Positions 10,475 through 22,429 of a DNA stretch of 64,000 bases are shown one piece after another (within the stretch, counting starts at the first letter, position 1; every line of letters begins with the position of its first letter). The notes under the pieces are model-generated. The model saw only the letters and a list, made by a program, of their open reading frames with translations. It ran no database searches and was not told the origin of the DNA. The stretch is from Pavona decussata (taxonomy: Eukaryota), in assembly GCA_977016875.1 (NCBI GenBank), contig CDRNST010000010.1, positions 372,001 to 436,000 on the forward strand, written 5' to 3'. A program made the position numbers and the translations under genes.

Positions 10475-12229
10475 GCATCAGTCAATCCCAGCTGTGCCTA
10501 TCCACCCCCCCCCCCCCCCTCCCCGGGCCGATTCCCGGGAATTAGGATATTTTGAAAATAAGCTGGCAAATGCTCCACAGCCGGGACAAAATGTTGTTCA
10601 AATGCTCCGGGTAGGGGCTCAAAAATGTTTTGCTTTCTGCCTTTCTCGACTTACTTGCAATAAAATCTAAGGTAATTCAGGCCAAATTTAGTCCCAGCTA
10701 GGTCTTGTTTCCCATATTTAGTGCCAAATAGGTCATTCTGCAGCTCTAGCATCCCATTTGCGTCCTATCTAGACGTATTCTAGATAGGAGTTGGCCACCA
10801 CAAAAAAGAAAGTCGAGGAAGCTACATCTAAAGAGAAGTCAGCCTGCTGAACTGGACCCACAGGTTTCTCAGTCCACAGAGTTGGAAAAAGAATGTAGAA
10901 TATTAGTTGCAAACTCATTTTTCCTTTTCAACACTGTAAGTGTCCTTCTGCGGAAGTTATTTACGGTAGATGAAATTTTATCACCCTTGGTCTCTTGAAA
11001 GGCACCCAATTCAAAAACTGTAGCAAAGCCTAAGGGTGATGGAACCAGGCTAGGTCTCCTTAGGAGTCTTTGTCTTGAGGTATACAAAGAGGCAAATTTC
11101 ACTCAAATAGCAGCAAAAATACTTGTAAGCTGTGCAAAAAGCTGTTAAAAGAGAAAAGGGTGAATAAGACAACAAAAGCCTGTCAGCGTGAGTCACTAAT
11201 TAGAAAAATAATTTGGACTTAGGTAAATTTTCTTGGTAGTTTTTGTTGAGCCGGTCAGTGTTTTGTTACTTAAATTGCTTTTATGAAGTGAAAAATAATT
11301 TATGCCCGTTGGAAAGGCCTTTTAAAGAGAACAAAAATCAGGCCTTTTCTTTTCTTTTCTTTTTTTGTTCTGAATATAGACCTGAAAACAAAATTGTTGC
11401 CATGATTTTGTGATCTATCTTTGCACTGAAACTATTTGTGAAATCATCAAGTTTTGAACAAAAACTGACAAAATTAAATTATTTAATCATTCATCTTGAA
11501 TGTTGCAGTTGACATGCCTCTACATTGAAAGACATCATGTCAGATAGTGCTTACCATTATTTTCTTTTCACAATGTGGTGTATTTGTACAGTTTTTTTCC
11601 CCAAAAGGCAGACTTATTTCAAACTACACTGTATTTAATGCAAGTCATTAAAATGTATGCCAACTGACAAGACTGACAAGCTTAACTTGAAATGCTTTGA
11701 AAAGTAAATCACTTCTTGGCCAAAACACTGCTCAAGTTGTAATGTTGTGAAATATGACTTATCACAGTGGTGCTGGTTGGTTGAGAGTTCAGCTACATAC
11801 TGGTAATGTAAATTAATCTGAAAAGTTTTGGGGATTCAATACTAATATTGCACTGCATTTTCCAATATTTGCAACGGTCCTGCTAATACTTGTAACTTGA
11901 CTGTACATATATGAACTTAACTTCAACTTTATTCATTAAAAAAGCAACAGCATTGATTTATAACTTTTTTTTTTTTAGTTTTTATTAGCATAATGTGACA
12001 CTACTAATACAATACTAAACACTGCTAACACTGATTTACACTAAAAGCAATAATATTGATTTATAACTTGATACCACCTGAAAGTTAAGATTTGGATGAT
12101 GTATTCTGCAAGTGGAATATATAAAATGTCTTGTAATGACATAGCAACCAGTGACTGAAATTTTCCTTTTGAGCTATGTGGCATAGAAATTTAATAAGCA
12201 TTTGCTACTCAATATATCATTATCAGTCT

Positions 12230-12537
12230 TCACACCATGGTCAACCATGTTAATACACAAACAGTACATTGTCCATATCATCTTCAGACCATGTCAACCA
12301 TGTTAATACATGGTCCATATCAATGTCCGACCATAGTCAACCATGTTAATATAACTTGTGGTCTATATCATCTTCAGACCATGGTCAACCATGTTAATAC
12401 AAGGTCCTAATGAATGGCAGACCATGGTCATCCATGTTAATATAATTTATGGTCCAATTATCATCTTCAGACCATGGTCAATCATGTTAATATAACTTAT
12501 GGTCTATATCATCTTCAGACCATGGTCAACATGTTAA
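12230..12537. repeat. Minisatellite with palindromic GACCATGGTC core (left part)
   Basis: Units of ~43-48 bp containing CAGACCATGGTCAACCATGTTAATA. Confidence 0.85.
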
Positions 12538-13644
12538 CCCAATAAGGGCCACGTGTTTTCCACGAATAAAATTACTTCACAAATTAGCATGTTGTTAATT
12601 ATTAACCTAATGTGCAGTAAAAATTGACAACTTACTGGGTCAAAGAAACAGCACTCCTTTGGTCTAGAATAGCTAGAATTTCTAATTGTCGAATAAAATA
12701 CCCTAGCTTCGAATTAAAGATTACTCGAAAAACAAACCTGAAGGTAAAAATTTCGAAAATTTCGATGAAATTTGATCCTTGCGCCACATGGCAGTAATTT
12801 GATCCGCTCTCGAGAAGACGTGTTTGTTTATGCAAGATTAGGCAGTCATCACGTTTCATCAATGAAAATAGAAAGAAAAACAGGCAATAAAGCTTTTCTA
12901 AATGAAAAATTTATTCAAATAAGTCTTTGTATTGGTCTTAGAAGAAAACGCGTATAATTTTTGCCGCGAGGCAACCGACTCGCAAGCGATTTGAAGCAAT
13001 TGCGAGTCAATTTTGAAGCAAATTGATCGGCCCATGCGGAGCACATTTTTCAAAACTTTTGCAAAAACTGTTCGGAATACGAAGAATCGATCAATTAGAA
13101 TAGTATTTCAGTACAAATTCACCATCAAACCTGTAATTCTTTGTGAGTTGTATTGCGAGAAACACTCAAACATCACCAAGAAAGTCCATGGCGAAAACAA
13201 TGATTTGAGATGTCCGCCAGCTCGTCGCCTCGGTAAAACTACAAATTTTCCTCGAAGCATAATTTCTCCGCCGTTAATGCTTGGATTTCCGCTGTTGAAA
13301 CTGTCGAGTATTCCTTAAAAGTTCCTCTTTCGATTTACCGTTTCGAAAAGTTGTGTTTTCCTTCCGAAAACGCGAAATTGGCGTCTTGAATATTTAAGCC
13401 TGAAGCGCGTGGCCCGCCATGATGGCTGAAATCCGATTTTTTTCGGACGACAAAAACCTTTTTGTGTCTAGACTCCCCTAAGACCTAAAAATATATGCGC
13501 AGTCGGTGGATTCTGAATGGTCAGTCTTTTCCAAAGACAATTAGAACAATAAAGGACAAAATTATCCCTTCTAGGGGAGGTAGAAACCCTTGCGCGAGCC
13601 CGCGAGGATTCGCGGCCGCTTTTGGCCGGTTGGCCGTTATTGGG
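12538..13644. mobile_element. Non-autonomous piggyBac-type element (1107 bp)
   Basis: TTAA at 12534-12537 and 13645-13648. TIR CCCAATAAGGGCC / GGCCGTTATTGGG. Removing it restores the minisatellite unit CATGTTAATACAAGGTCC. Confidence 0.85.
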
Positions 13645-13920
13645 TTAATACAAGGTCCTTATCAATGTCAGACCATGGTCAACCATGTTAATACATGTCT
13701 CAAGTTTTAAATTGTTTAAATTTCGGTCATGTTTGACCATTGTTTAACATGTTTATTGACCATGGTCAACCACGGTCAGCTTTGGTTCATACTGTCCCAA
13801 TCTACAATCATTTTGACCATGGTCAACCTTAGTACAATTTAACATTCATGGTTGATCATGGTTGTGAACCGTGATCAACCATGGTAAAACCATGGTAGAA
13901 GATGGTCTATCCGTGGTCCT
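13645..13920. repeat. Minisatellite with GACCATGGTC core (right part, degenerate)
   Basis: Continuation of the 12230-12537 array, with repeated ACCATGGT motifs. Confidence 0.75.
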
Positions 13921-14542
13921 GTTGCAGGTCTAAGACCTGCGTATCCATGTGGATTTCGCAGCTTTGATGAATTCTCAAAGTTCTGCCATTTTCTAGTTAA
14001 GCTTCCCTGCAGAGGATATCAGTTGATGATTACATAATGTCCTAAATAATAACTATTATTATCCATCCAATGCCTTTTTGGCCTCCCAACTCCACTCTTT
14101 CACTCGACTGTTCTTTCCTAGGTAGTCTTTCCATTTCACATGACCAAAGTCCCTCTATAAAGTTTTAAAAGCATAGGTACATTTTTCACAAACAAATGGC
14201 AGTGCATATTACTCCCAGATCCTCTCCAGCTAAAACAGTGTATTTCCTAATGGAATAAATGTGATGATATATTTATGCATTATAATTATGTATTTCGTGT
14301 TTGCAGACTATTTCATTGAGATGCTAACAAACCATAGTGTTAACTGAGATGCATGGAAAAGGCATCAGTGGAAAACCAAGGTAACTGTGTAATACATGTT
14401 ATTTATATACTTTTTACTAAGACAGTGCTCTACTCTGCAAAGTCTACAGTGTATACATGGTGTTCTTGTAGCCTATAAATTATTAAAATATTCTTTTTAC
14501 TCAGTATGGCAACCAAATTGCTGGTTTTTCTTTCATGTCATA

Positions 14543-14546
<4 letters not shown>

Positions 14547-14625
<79 letters not shown>
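14547..14625. repeat. (AAT)n microsatellite
   Basis: Perfect AAT run. Confidence 0.95.
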
Positions 14626-14627
<2 letters not shown>

Positions 14628-14729
14628 GTAACTTTCGTTTACCAACGACAGTGTTTATAGCACAAGTGCTGATGGGGCTGAGGATTAAACTTAACAAAGA
14701 AGTAATTTAAATTGAACATAACCTGGTTA

Positions 14730-14875
14730 TAAAACCCAACTGGCAGGAAGTGGGCCAGCTGGGTATTTACAAGCGTGGCTGAGGAGTTGAGCTCAAGGTA
14801 GCAGCCAGAAGAGGGACTTGAAACTGGGACCTCTGGATTTCAAGACCAACTGCCCTAACTGCTTGGCCACACCCC
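14730..14875 (-). mobile_element. Degenerate tRNA-derived SINE
   Basis: Minus strand GTGTGGCCAAGCAGTTAGGGC...TTCAAGTCCC tRNA-like head, then CCACGCTTGTAAATA...CCTGCCAGTTGGG. Confidence 0.55.
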
Positions 14876-15518
14876 TGAAATAGATATTATCATCAGTGAT
14901 TTATTGATGATTATATCTTTTTCATGTAAGCATGCCATGCTGAGTAAAGAAAAAAACAAAACAAGAAGCATTGGTAACTAATATAATTTGACGGGGAAAT
15001 GCACCTCAATCCCCTTTCCCTTGTACAACATTTCAACCATTTTGAATTAAAGAATCAATGATGCTGGTGTTAACTGAGGTGTAGTAGTTAGACAGACTTT
15101 ACAGTTACCATAATAGTGTGAGTCCAAGGACTGTGAACACTCTTATCAGTCTTTGAAAGAAAAAAGGTGATCAATTACTTTGTGACAAAATAGCCAAGTG
15201 GCTTCATTACTGTCTGTTACATTTCCGCTTGTTTGGCCACTTATTCCTCGAGTAAATTTGAAAGTGTTCCAGTGCGGTCATTAAACTTTGGAGAAGCAAG
15301 CTTCCCAAGTACAGTAGCTGTCTTTCGTTCTTGTTGTCTTTTAGATGGTTCCAAACTCAAAACAGGCAGTTTTCTCAGTTATAGATACCAGTTACAAGCA
15401 GCCTGGTCAGTATTCATGGTTTTTGGATTTGCACTGCAAGATATCGAAAATTTACTGAGCCTTGACTCACTGTTATGTCTTTGTCTTATGCCTTAGGCTA
15501 ATTCATCATTTTGATTAC

Positions 15519-15790
15519 TTAGTTTGGATGTTCTACCACTGAGGTACAGGAGACTTGTTTAATGGCGTACCTCCCAGTAGTCTCCTGTGGCTCCTTGGTA
15601 GAGCATCTGAACTTGTAATTAAATTGGAAATTCATAGGTTCGACTCCTGTAGGGACAACTTGGATTTTTCCTTTTTTGAGCATGCCTGTGTCACTGACTG
15701 AAAAATTCATCTGTCTTTTATTCACCAGGCTAAAAACATTTCATTCCCTTTCACTTATACCACTCAGTGGCATTCAAATCCTATTGTGAT
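15519..15790. repeat. tRNA-derived repeat (same family as 9983-10474), head-to-head partial plus full unit
   Basis: TGGTAGAGCATCTGAAC...GGTTCGACTCCTGTAGGG, then ATGCCTGTGTCACT and CATTCAAATCCTA shared with the 10-kb cluster. Confidence 0.65.
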
Positions 15791-16039
15791 CAACACAGTT
15801 TCTGGTGTTGTTATTTGAACAACGAGACAGACTTGCAGCCACAATATAATTGATTTAAACGGGTATTGTAAATGTAGAAAAGGTAAGTGGAAGGAAAGGG
15901 TGATTGCAGACTGAAGTGAAAGGAATTTAAATTAACAAAATTATAGCAAATCACTCATAATAGTTATTATTACAGCAAATTCTAATAAGAGTAAATTTAG
16001 AAATATAGTTGACTATAAAAATTAGCGAAAAAACGGAAC

Positions 16040-16590
16040 AACGTTTCGGTGTCATCTTGGCACCATTATCAATAAAGAATGTAACAGTAAAGATAATTTG
16101 TACAGAAAGTAAAGGGGTGAAATAGACTTAAATTAAGTTAAAGTAAAAAGTAAGTAAAAAGTAACTGTCCAGTGTTCATTCAGTGAGGTGTTATAAAGTG
16201 AGAGTTGTGTCTGTTCACTGGGTTAGACAAATAGTTTTCCGCGAATGGAGTCTGAGTGGGTCTTAAGACTCACTTCCTTCTTGCGGATCTACAGCATTTC
16301 AAAGATAAAGCAATCAAGCTTTCTCTGACATTTCTTTAGGATGGTGAAGTTGCTTGTCAGGTCACCAATTGTGTCAACTTGGTAATCATTCTTCAGGTGT
16401 TTCTTGATGGCAGAGAACTGATGCTCATCAATGTGTTGGTCTAGATGAGGACTGGTATAGCCGACATAATCTACATCACACAGATCATATACAAAATTAT
16501 ACACAACACACTGTTGATTGATCACTGGTGGCTCTGGCTCCTGCACTTTAAGATCATCACCAAGTTTACAGCTTCTGAAAACTGGCTGTA
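16040..16590 (-). mobile_element. Penelope-like retroelement 3' fragment (GIY-YIG endonuclease remnant)
   Basis: ORF 16289..16546 reads VVYNFVYDLCDVDYVGYTSPHLDQHIDEH...LDCFIFEML, a GIY-YIG-type pattern. Downstream hairpin-GAAAC motif typical of PLE terminal repeats. Confidence 0.75.
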
Positions 16591-16845
16591 GAAACTAAAC
16601 TAGAAAATAAGAAAACAAACATAATTTATAACAGCAACGAGTTTATCTTGCAATACTGAATATAGTCAATTACTGAAGCAAATTTAAGTCCAAACTGAGT
16701 ATGGTGTGACAATTGCAAGAATGTGACAATAATTATTATAACAATAATCCTCTTGTCTGAATCATGAGTTAACGAACTATTTTTAGAGCTGAATGATAAC
16801 CAATGAAAATAATACAACAAAATAACAGCTTAACACAACGTAAAT

Positions 16846-17032
16846 AAACAATAGCCTCCATTTGGCGTGAAAATATGCTCAGATATTTGTCCGCGGACAT
16901 TATCTGTTCCGAGAAACGACCATTCTTCGAGAGCGAAGCTCGAGGAAAACTGTGAGCTTCGAGGAGCAGATAATGTCCAAGGACAAATATCTGAGCATAT
17001 TTTAAAGCCAAATGGAGGCTATTGTGGTTATT
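16846..17032. repeat. Long hairpin (foldback) repeat
   Basis: ACAATAGCCTCCATTTGGC..AAAATATGCTCAGATATTTGTCC..GGACATTATCTG is mirrored by CAGATAATGTCC..GGACAAATATCTGAGCATATTTT..GCCAAATGGAGGCTATTGT. Confidence 0.85.
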
Positions 17033-17059
17033 ATCCTTCAAATATTTTTCGCAACATGT

Positions 17060-17355
17060 AGCAACGAGCTTGAGTATTTGAACATTTTGTTCAAGAACAG
17101 TTTACCGTCAAAAACGTTTTGAGCGTATGTTGTTTTCTGATACTGCTTTATCGACCAGCAGGTTCATCTCTCCTTCTGTCACAAAAGCAAACCGTTCCCC
17201 CATCTTGACATTAATTTTAATTGTAAACAAGACGCGCCTTGCAGTTTTTGAAATTGGGGAATATCGTCGGATATTCCCCAGTTTTAGCTGGGGTATATTC
17301 GGCACGTGAGGCGTTTAGACCAATCGCGTGCAAGCGAAAATGGTTGATGGATTAT
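17060..17355 (-). mobile_element. Crypton-like non-autonomous remnant
   Basis: MGERFAFVTEGEMNLLVDKAVSENN resembles the N-terminus of Crypton/DUF3504 tyrosine-recombinase proteins. Recognition only. Confidence 0.4.
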
Positions 17356-17544
17356 AACTAGTAATAGTTGCCAAAAGCTGCCCCTGTTTTGTATGGAAAG
17401 CCAAACAGGTTATACGGTATGGCAGAGTGTGAGTTGGATATTATAACTGAATGCAAGACACCATAAATGATAAAGGTAATTGATAAACGGCTCTATTTCA
17501 ATTTGGATAAAAAGATGTGTAAATAAGTGTTACAAAAGTGTTCT

Positions 17545-18180
17545 ATTTAACAAATAGATTCCAAGTTGCCGTGCGTCTGTTCAGTAATAGATCACAGATG
17601 ACGTCAAAATGTGGTAAGAACAAAGAAGTGGCTCACGAGGCGCAGCCGAGTGTGTCACTGATGACTATGAACAGAAAGGAAACACGACAAACTTGCCTCG
17701 TAGCGCTTGACGGCTTGATTTGTGCCAGTTCAGGTATTTTCAATGTCACCAACGCTACTTTCCGTGTCGGCTCCTTCTTTTCATCTTTATAGTACTTGTA
17801 AATAGCTTCCTCTAATTTTTTTCCAAGGCCTTCACTTGCTCAAAGCAGAATAATTGAGTAAATATTTTCAAAACTGTGAGCCTTTTCGTAGTGATAACAG
17901 CTGTTTTGAAGATTTCTCACCCAGTTTAGGCATTTTCAAATAGACAAGAACACTGTCGTCTTGGTTTCTTCTTTTTCTTGTTTGTAAACAGCTCCTGCTA
18001 AACTTTTCTCGAGGCCTTCACTTGCTTAATTCGAATTAATCTTGCAAACATTTTCAAAACCGCGCACCATGTTGGACGAAACAAAGAAAACAATTTTTCT
18101 GTGACGTCATCCGTGTGTCTGTACTCTTATAGATCATCGGCAACGACCAATTACAGCGCGCGTAGTATTCAGTGTATTGT
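17545..18180 (-). mobile_element. Dispersed repeat, possibly Crypton-derived
   Basis: Its start AAATAGATTCCA..TTGCCGTGCGTCTG...CACAGATGACGTCAAA...AACAAAGAAGT recurs at 54933-55110. Confidence 0.55.
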
Positions 18181-18418
18181 ATAAATACATATACTACATT
18201 ATTGATTACACTTTTCAAATTATTTAAGAAATGCTGTGTACACTTCATGGTACATTATTGTCAAAACATATTTTATAAACAAGTGAGAACAACTTACAAG
18301 AAGTAACTCTAACAGGCAACACATAATGCCATATACTTTTTCAAGTCAACCATAACATTGTATGGATCTATAGTGTAAAGGGGTACAGTCCTGGGAGGAA
18401 AAGATTGAAAAGAATTGC

Positions 18419-18700
18419 ACAGGGTTCTTGCTACTCCTTGAAGTCCTTGAAAAGCTCTGGAATTTAATTCTAGATTTCAAGGGCGCTTGAAAAGCCCTTG
18501 AAAAGAAGAATTTTTGCTGAAAGTGCTTAAAAATAATGAAAAATCCTTGAATTTTTGTTGGAATGGGAAATAATGTGGGATTGTATCAAAGTAAACGGTG
18601 CAAGACAAAGTAAACTTGCTTTGAGTACTCCTTGAAAACTCAGTTTTCAGTGCTTGAATACTCCTTGAATTTTATGTCCAAAAACCAGCACGGACTATGA
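18419..18700. mobile_element. Degenerate MITE with internal CCTTGAA repeats
   Basis: CAGGGTTC start, multiple (C)CTTGAA motifs and a weak inverted end. Confidence 0.4.
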
Positions 18701-19413
18701 TTGCAGCTGCAGCCTAGGAACAGCGTTAATGCAATGATATATACTGTAGTTGGATATTGTTACATTGTTCTTTAAAAAGAAAATATAGTTTGCAACTATA
18801 ACTTTTTATTACAAGGGAGTAATATAAATGATGTATGATTTTGAGAGTTGTGATTACAATTTTTTAAATTGTAATCTCAAAATCATACATCATTCATATT
18901 ACTCCCTTGTAATACCTTTTAAAAAAGTTTTAAGGAAAGAGAAAAAATTTGATTTAACAGGGAAAAATTTAGCAGAAATGGCTAACATGTCTCCAGTAAG
19001 GTATAAAATGGCCTTGCATATTCAAAAAAATTCTAAAATTATTGGTATCAACATTTGAAGGAGTGTCAGGTGGTATCATTTTGTTAATCACCTTTCCATT
19101 CTGAGACAGGTGGAAATTTACATTTTGTAGACGCAAAAGTGTTTCAGTAAAGTATCAGTATTGTCTGTATTGTAAGACGCCCTTTAGATTTAGTCAAAAT
19201 TCATCACTAAGTGTGACAGGGGAAAGAAACAGAACTTTTGCAGTTCCTTGCAAACTAACCCCCAACTATTGCACACACAAAGACCAGACCAGCACACCGG
19301 GAACTCCATGCCCTACTCTTTTCGATATGAACGAGTTGATAACTTTGGGGAATGCCACAACAGAATCAAGTTTGTCATCTTTTTCCAAGTTGAAATGGAC
19401 GCTGATATCAAAG

Positions 19414-21060
19414 TCACAGTTCTTTATAATCGTAAACTTGTTGAAGGAGTGAAACTTGACAACATGTGCTCCTGTGGCGGGAGATAACTTTTTTTTTTTG
19501 CAAATCTTTGTCGTAGCAGACCAAATAGGAATTGACTACAACGTTAATAAGTTCAGGGCAGCACAGGAGATTTTGTGGCCGGGTCTTGATTGATTGTGGG
19601 TTGTCTTTGCTATCAGCCTTTGAGATCAGTGTATTCTGGGATGTTGCAAGACATTTTCCATAGCAAAAGCCCATCTTGCAATTTGTCAGTGTGCAGACGT
19701 TGCCATCTTCTATTTGATCTATGGGGTCCTCCCACACCAATGTTGGGATTGAGCTTGTGGGTTCAGCCGGGATGCCATCCCGTACCATCTTGGTTGATTC
19801 CTTGTTAGAGTACAGGTTATCCTGTCGAGGTGACTGAACAAGAACTTGTTAAATGTTCCCGGTGATGATTAAAATAGATTTCTTGTCTTTATGATGGTGG
19901 TGGTGGAAGTAGGTTTGAACTTGAAATCCACTGTAATTTCTGTACACTCAAAGTTATTACACCAGACAGCCCCATTTTCAGGAAGAGAATTAAAGGCTTG
20001 TTTGCCTATTTTAATGTTTTGATAAGATGGTTGTTTGGCTTACCATATTCATCCACACCACTAAGCCAGTAAAGGGCATCATAAACTTTCTGTTTCCTCG
20101 CTGTGACATCTCTGAAGTTGTTATCATGGTCAGTTTTGTGTAAACATGTATAGCTTGGCATGTTGCAGCAATAAACAGTTTCTTAAAATTGTCTCTTTCC
20201 CTACAGTTCTTTAGGAGAAGGTATTGTTTAATTCTGGATTGAAAACGTCCGCGAAGCACAAATGTATTTGTCTGTCCCTTTTGTTGGATTTTAAGAGGCC
20301 ATGTTTCATTACACACTGTGCATTGATAAGTACACATTTTCATAGATTTGTGGAACTTTTGCATCCTTTCTTTTGATAATTTCTGTCCATGAAGTGTCTC
20401 AGAACTCACTTCAAGGCGTTTAATGTAAGAGTGCTCAGAATATGTACTGTCTTGTTCATTCCTAATGGTTTTAGGTGTGGATGATGTACTCTGATTTTTA
20501 GATTGGACAATTTTAGCGTACACTGGTTTCATGTTAGGATCACAACAATGGCTCTGCATTTCAGCCGATTGATAGGCCTGTTTTTGGTATGGTTTCTTCT
20601 GGTCTAAAACGGCTTTACCAACATTTCCTGAAAGTTGCAAGCTAGCTTCAACCTTTGCCTTTGTGTCAGAATTTGCACTGTCTTGTTCATTTTTAACTGT
20701 TTTGGATGTGGACAGTGTATGCTGATTATTAGACTGAACACTTTTAGAATGCACTGACTTCATGTTAGCATGACAACACTGGTTCTGCATTTTGGGGGAA
20801 TTATAGTCCTGTTTCTAATATGGTGAACAAGCTTCAACCTCTGCTTTTTTTCCTTTCATGCAATCTTTTTGTTAACCAACTGAATTTGTCCTTTGAGCAG
20901 GATATGCTGTACTGGTTGTTTGGAAGTGAGTTGAGGCATTTTGACAACCACTTTTGGAAATGTCTTTTAGTTTACTTTCATTGCGAGCATCACTCACACT
21001 TTGTTCCCTATCAACACCTTTTTTTCTCATCGTCAAATCTTGGTGAAACTTACTAATTTA
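19414..21060 (-). pseudogene. Decayed Helitron-like coding fragments (RepHel N-terminal Cys motif; downstream OB-fold-like fragment)
   Basis: ORF 20011..20790 contains KFHKSMKMCTYQCTVCNETWPL (CxxC...WP) and an internal ~230-bp duplication. ORF 19414..19788 has a VWED..I..I..G..C.LTN pattern. The helicase is absent. Confidence 0.35.
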
Positions 21061-21550
21061 TAGTGGTGGAACTAATTTAAATTAATAGCATGATCTAACA
21101 TAGCAATGTCATCAAGGCAGTCGTATTGACTGATCAACCCAAAACTGGAAGAAAGAAAAGGAAAAACTTTTCTGGAGTAACTACAGATTGGCATATTCAC
21201 TTGTCTCAGATCAGCAAGGACGATTTATAGCCATTTGCCTTTGCTTGTCAATTGCACAAATAAAGTGAGTTTGATAACAGCACACCATGGATCTCAATGA
21301 GTGAAAGGAATTGTCATACACAATCACACAAGAAGAATTGAGAATGCTCCCAAGTCATGAAATCAGACCGAGCAACAAATTTTGTGGGAAAAAGGGGTAT
21401 GGGGATGAAGTACTCGAATTGCTCTATAAATGTTCATACAGGTCGAGTTGCTAAGCAATGACACTGTTAAGCCTGTTGTGGGGTCCTAATCCCCAAGCCA
21501 TTGAGAGGTCCTTATCCTCTCTACAGAATCCAAATCCAGAGAGGTCTTAA

Positions 21551-21914
21551 AGGGGAAGCATCACGAAAATCTGATGTCATTTCAAAAACGTTTGTCTGAA
21601 AAGAGAAACAAAAAATAATTGTCTAGTTTTGTTATAAATTATCACCCCAGCACAATAAAACTGTCGATTAGTGCCTCTGGCCAGAGACAGAGTAGGCCGG
21701 TATGGATTGAAACTTGAAAAATGTTAGGCTAATATTTTTCAAGTTCTCGCATTTTTGTTTCCAAAATACGCTAGGACAGAGTACGAGTTGTTCCTGTCAA
21801 GAATTGAGTTGATTTCTCTCCTCTCGTTGTTCCAGAATTATTTTGTAGCAAAGTGAAGGTCTTATTTCACCATTTTTAACGAAAAAAGGTCAAAACCCCC
21901 ATGATACTGCCCCT
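21551..21914. mobile_element. Kolobok-type MITE (TTAA TSD)
   Basis: TTAA at 21547-21550 and 21915-21918. TIR AGGGGAAGCATCA / TGATACTGCCCCT. It interrupts a short GAGAGGTCCTTATCCTCTC tandem repeat (21480-22010). Confidence 0.75.
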
Positions 21915-22429
21915 TTAATCCTCGCTAAGGTCCAATCACCAGGCCACTGAGAGGTCCTTATCCTCTCACAGGGTCCTAATCCCCAGGCCATTTAGAGATC
22001 CTAATCCTCTTGAAAACTTAGCATGAACTCATTGTTACCATGGTAACACAGCTATCCTGGGGTCCCATTCTACCAAGACAGTTGACCATTTGAGTCTATG
22101 GGGCGAATGGCGACCGGTATGGAGCACTTCATCCCCACCCAAATTTATTGGATAACAAATGCCGTGTTGCAGAAAAACAATCATAACCTGGCAAAGTAAA
22201 AATTAGGAAAAAAATATGACAAAATAAGATTCGAAAATGTAAAACAAGAGAATCAAGCACAAGATAGAAAAATAATCAGACAATGAATGTGCCTGTAAGA
22301 GGCAGCACTGTGCTACTTAAATAACTTTTACAATGGTAAAACTCTAGTCTCAATGGGCAGACAAGCTACTCAAGTCCAGTGCAGTGGTTAGAGGTTACAC
22401 TCTAGTAATTCCCGCGGTAAACAAGTGAG

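Noticed and set aside
10472-10620. C-rich repeat as a defined transposon
   Set aside because: Looks like a transposon end, but no partner TIR or TSD could be located.
12230-12537. CRISPR-like array (palindromic repeats at regular spacing)
   Set aside because: The intervening sequences are similar to each other rather than unique spacers, there are no cas genes, and the context is eukaryotic.
14396-14710. Poly-Asn ORF
   Set aside because: Artefact of the (AAT)n microsatellite.
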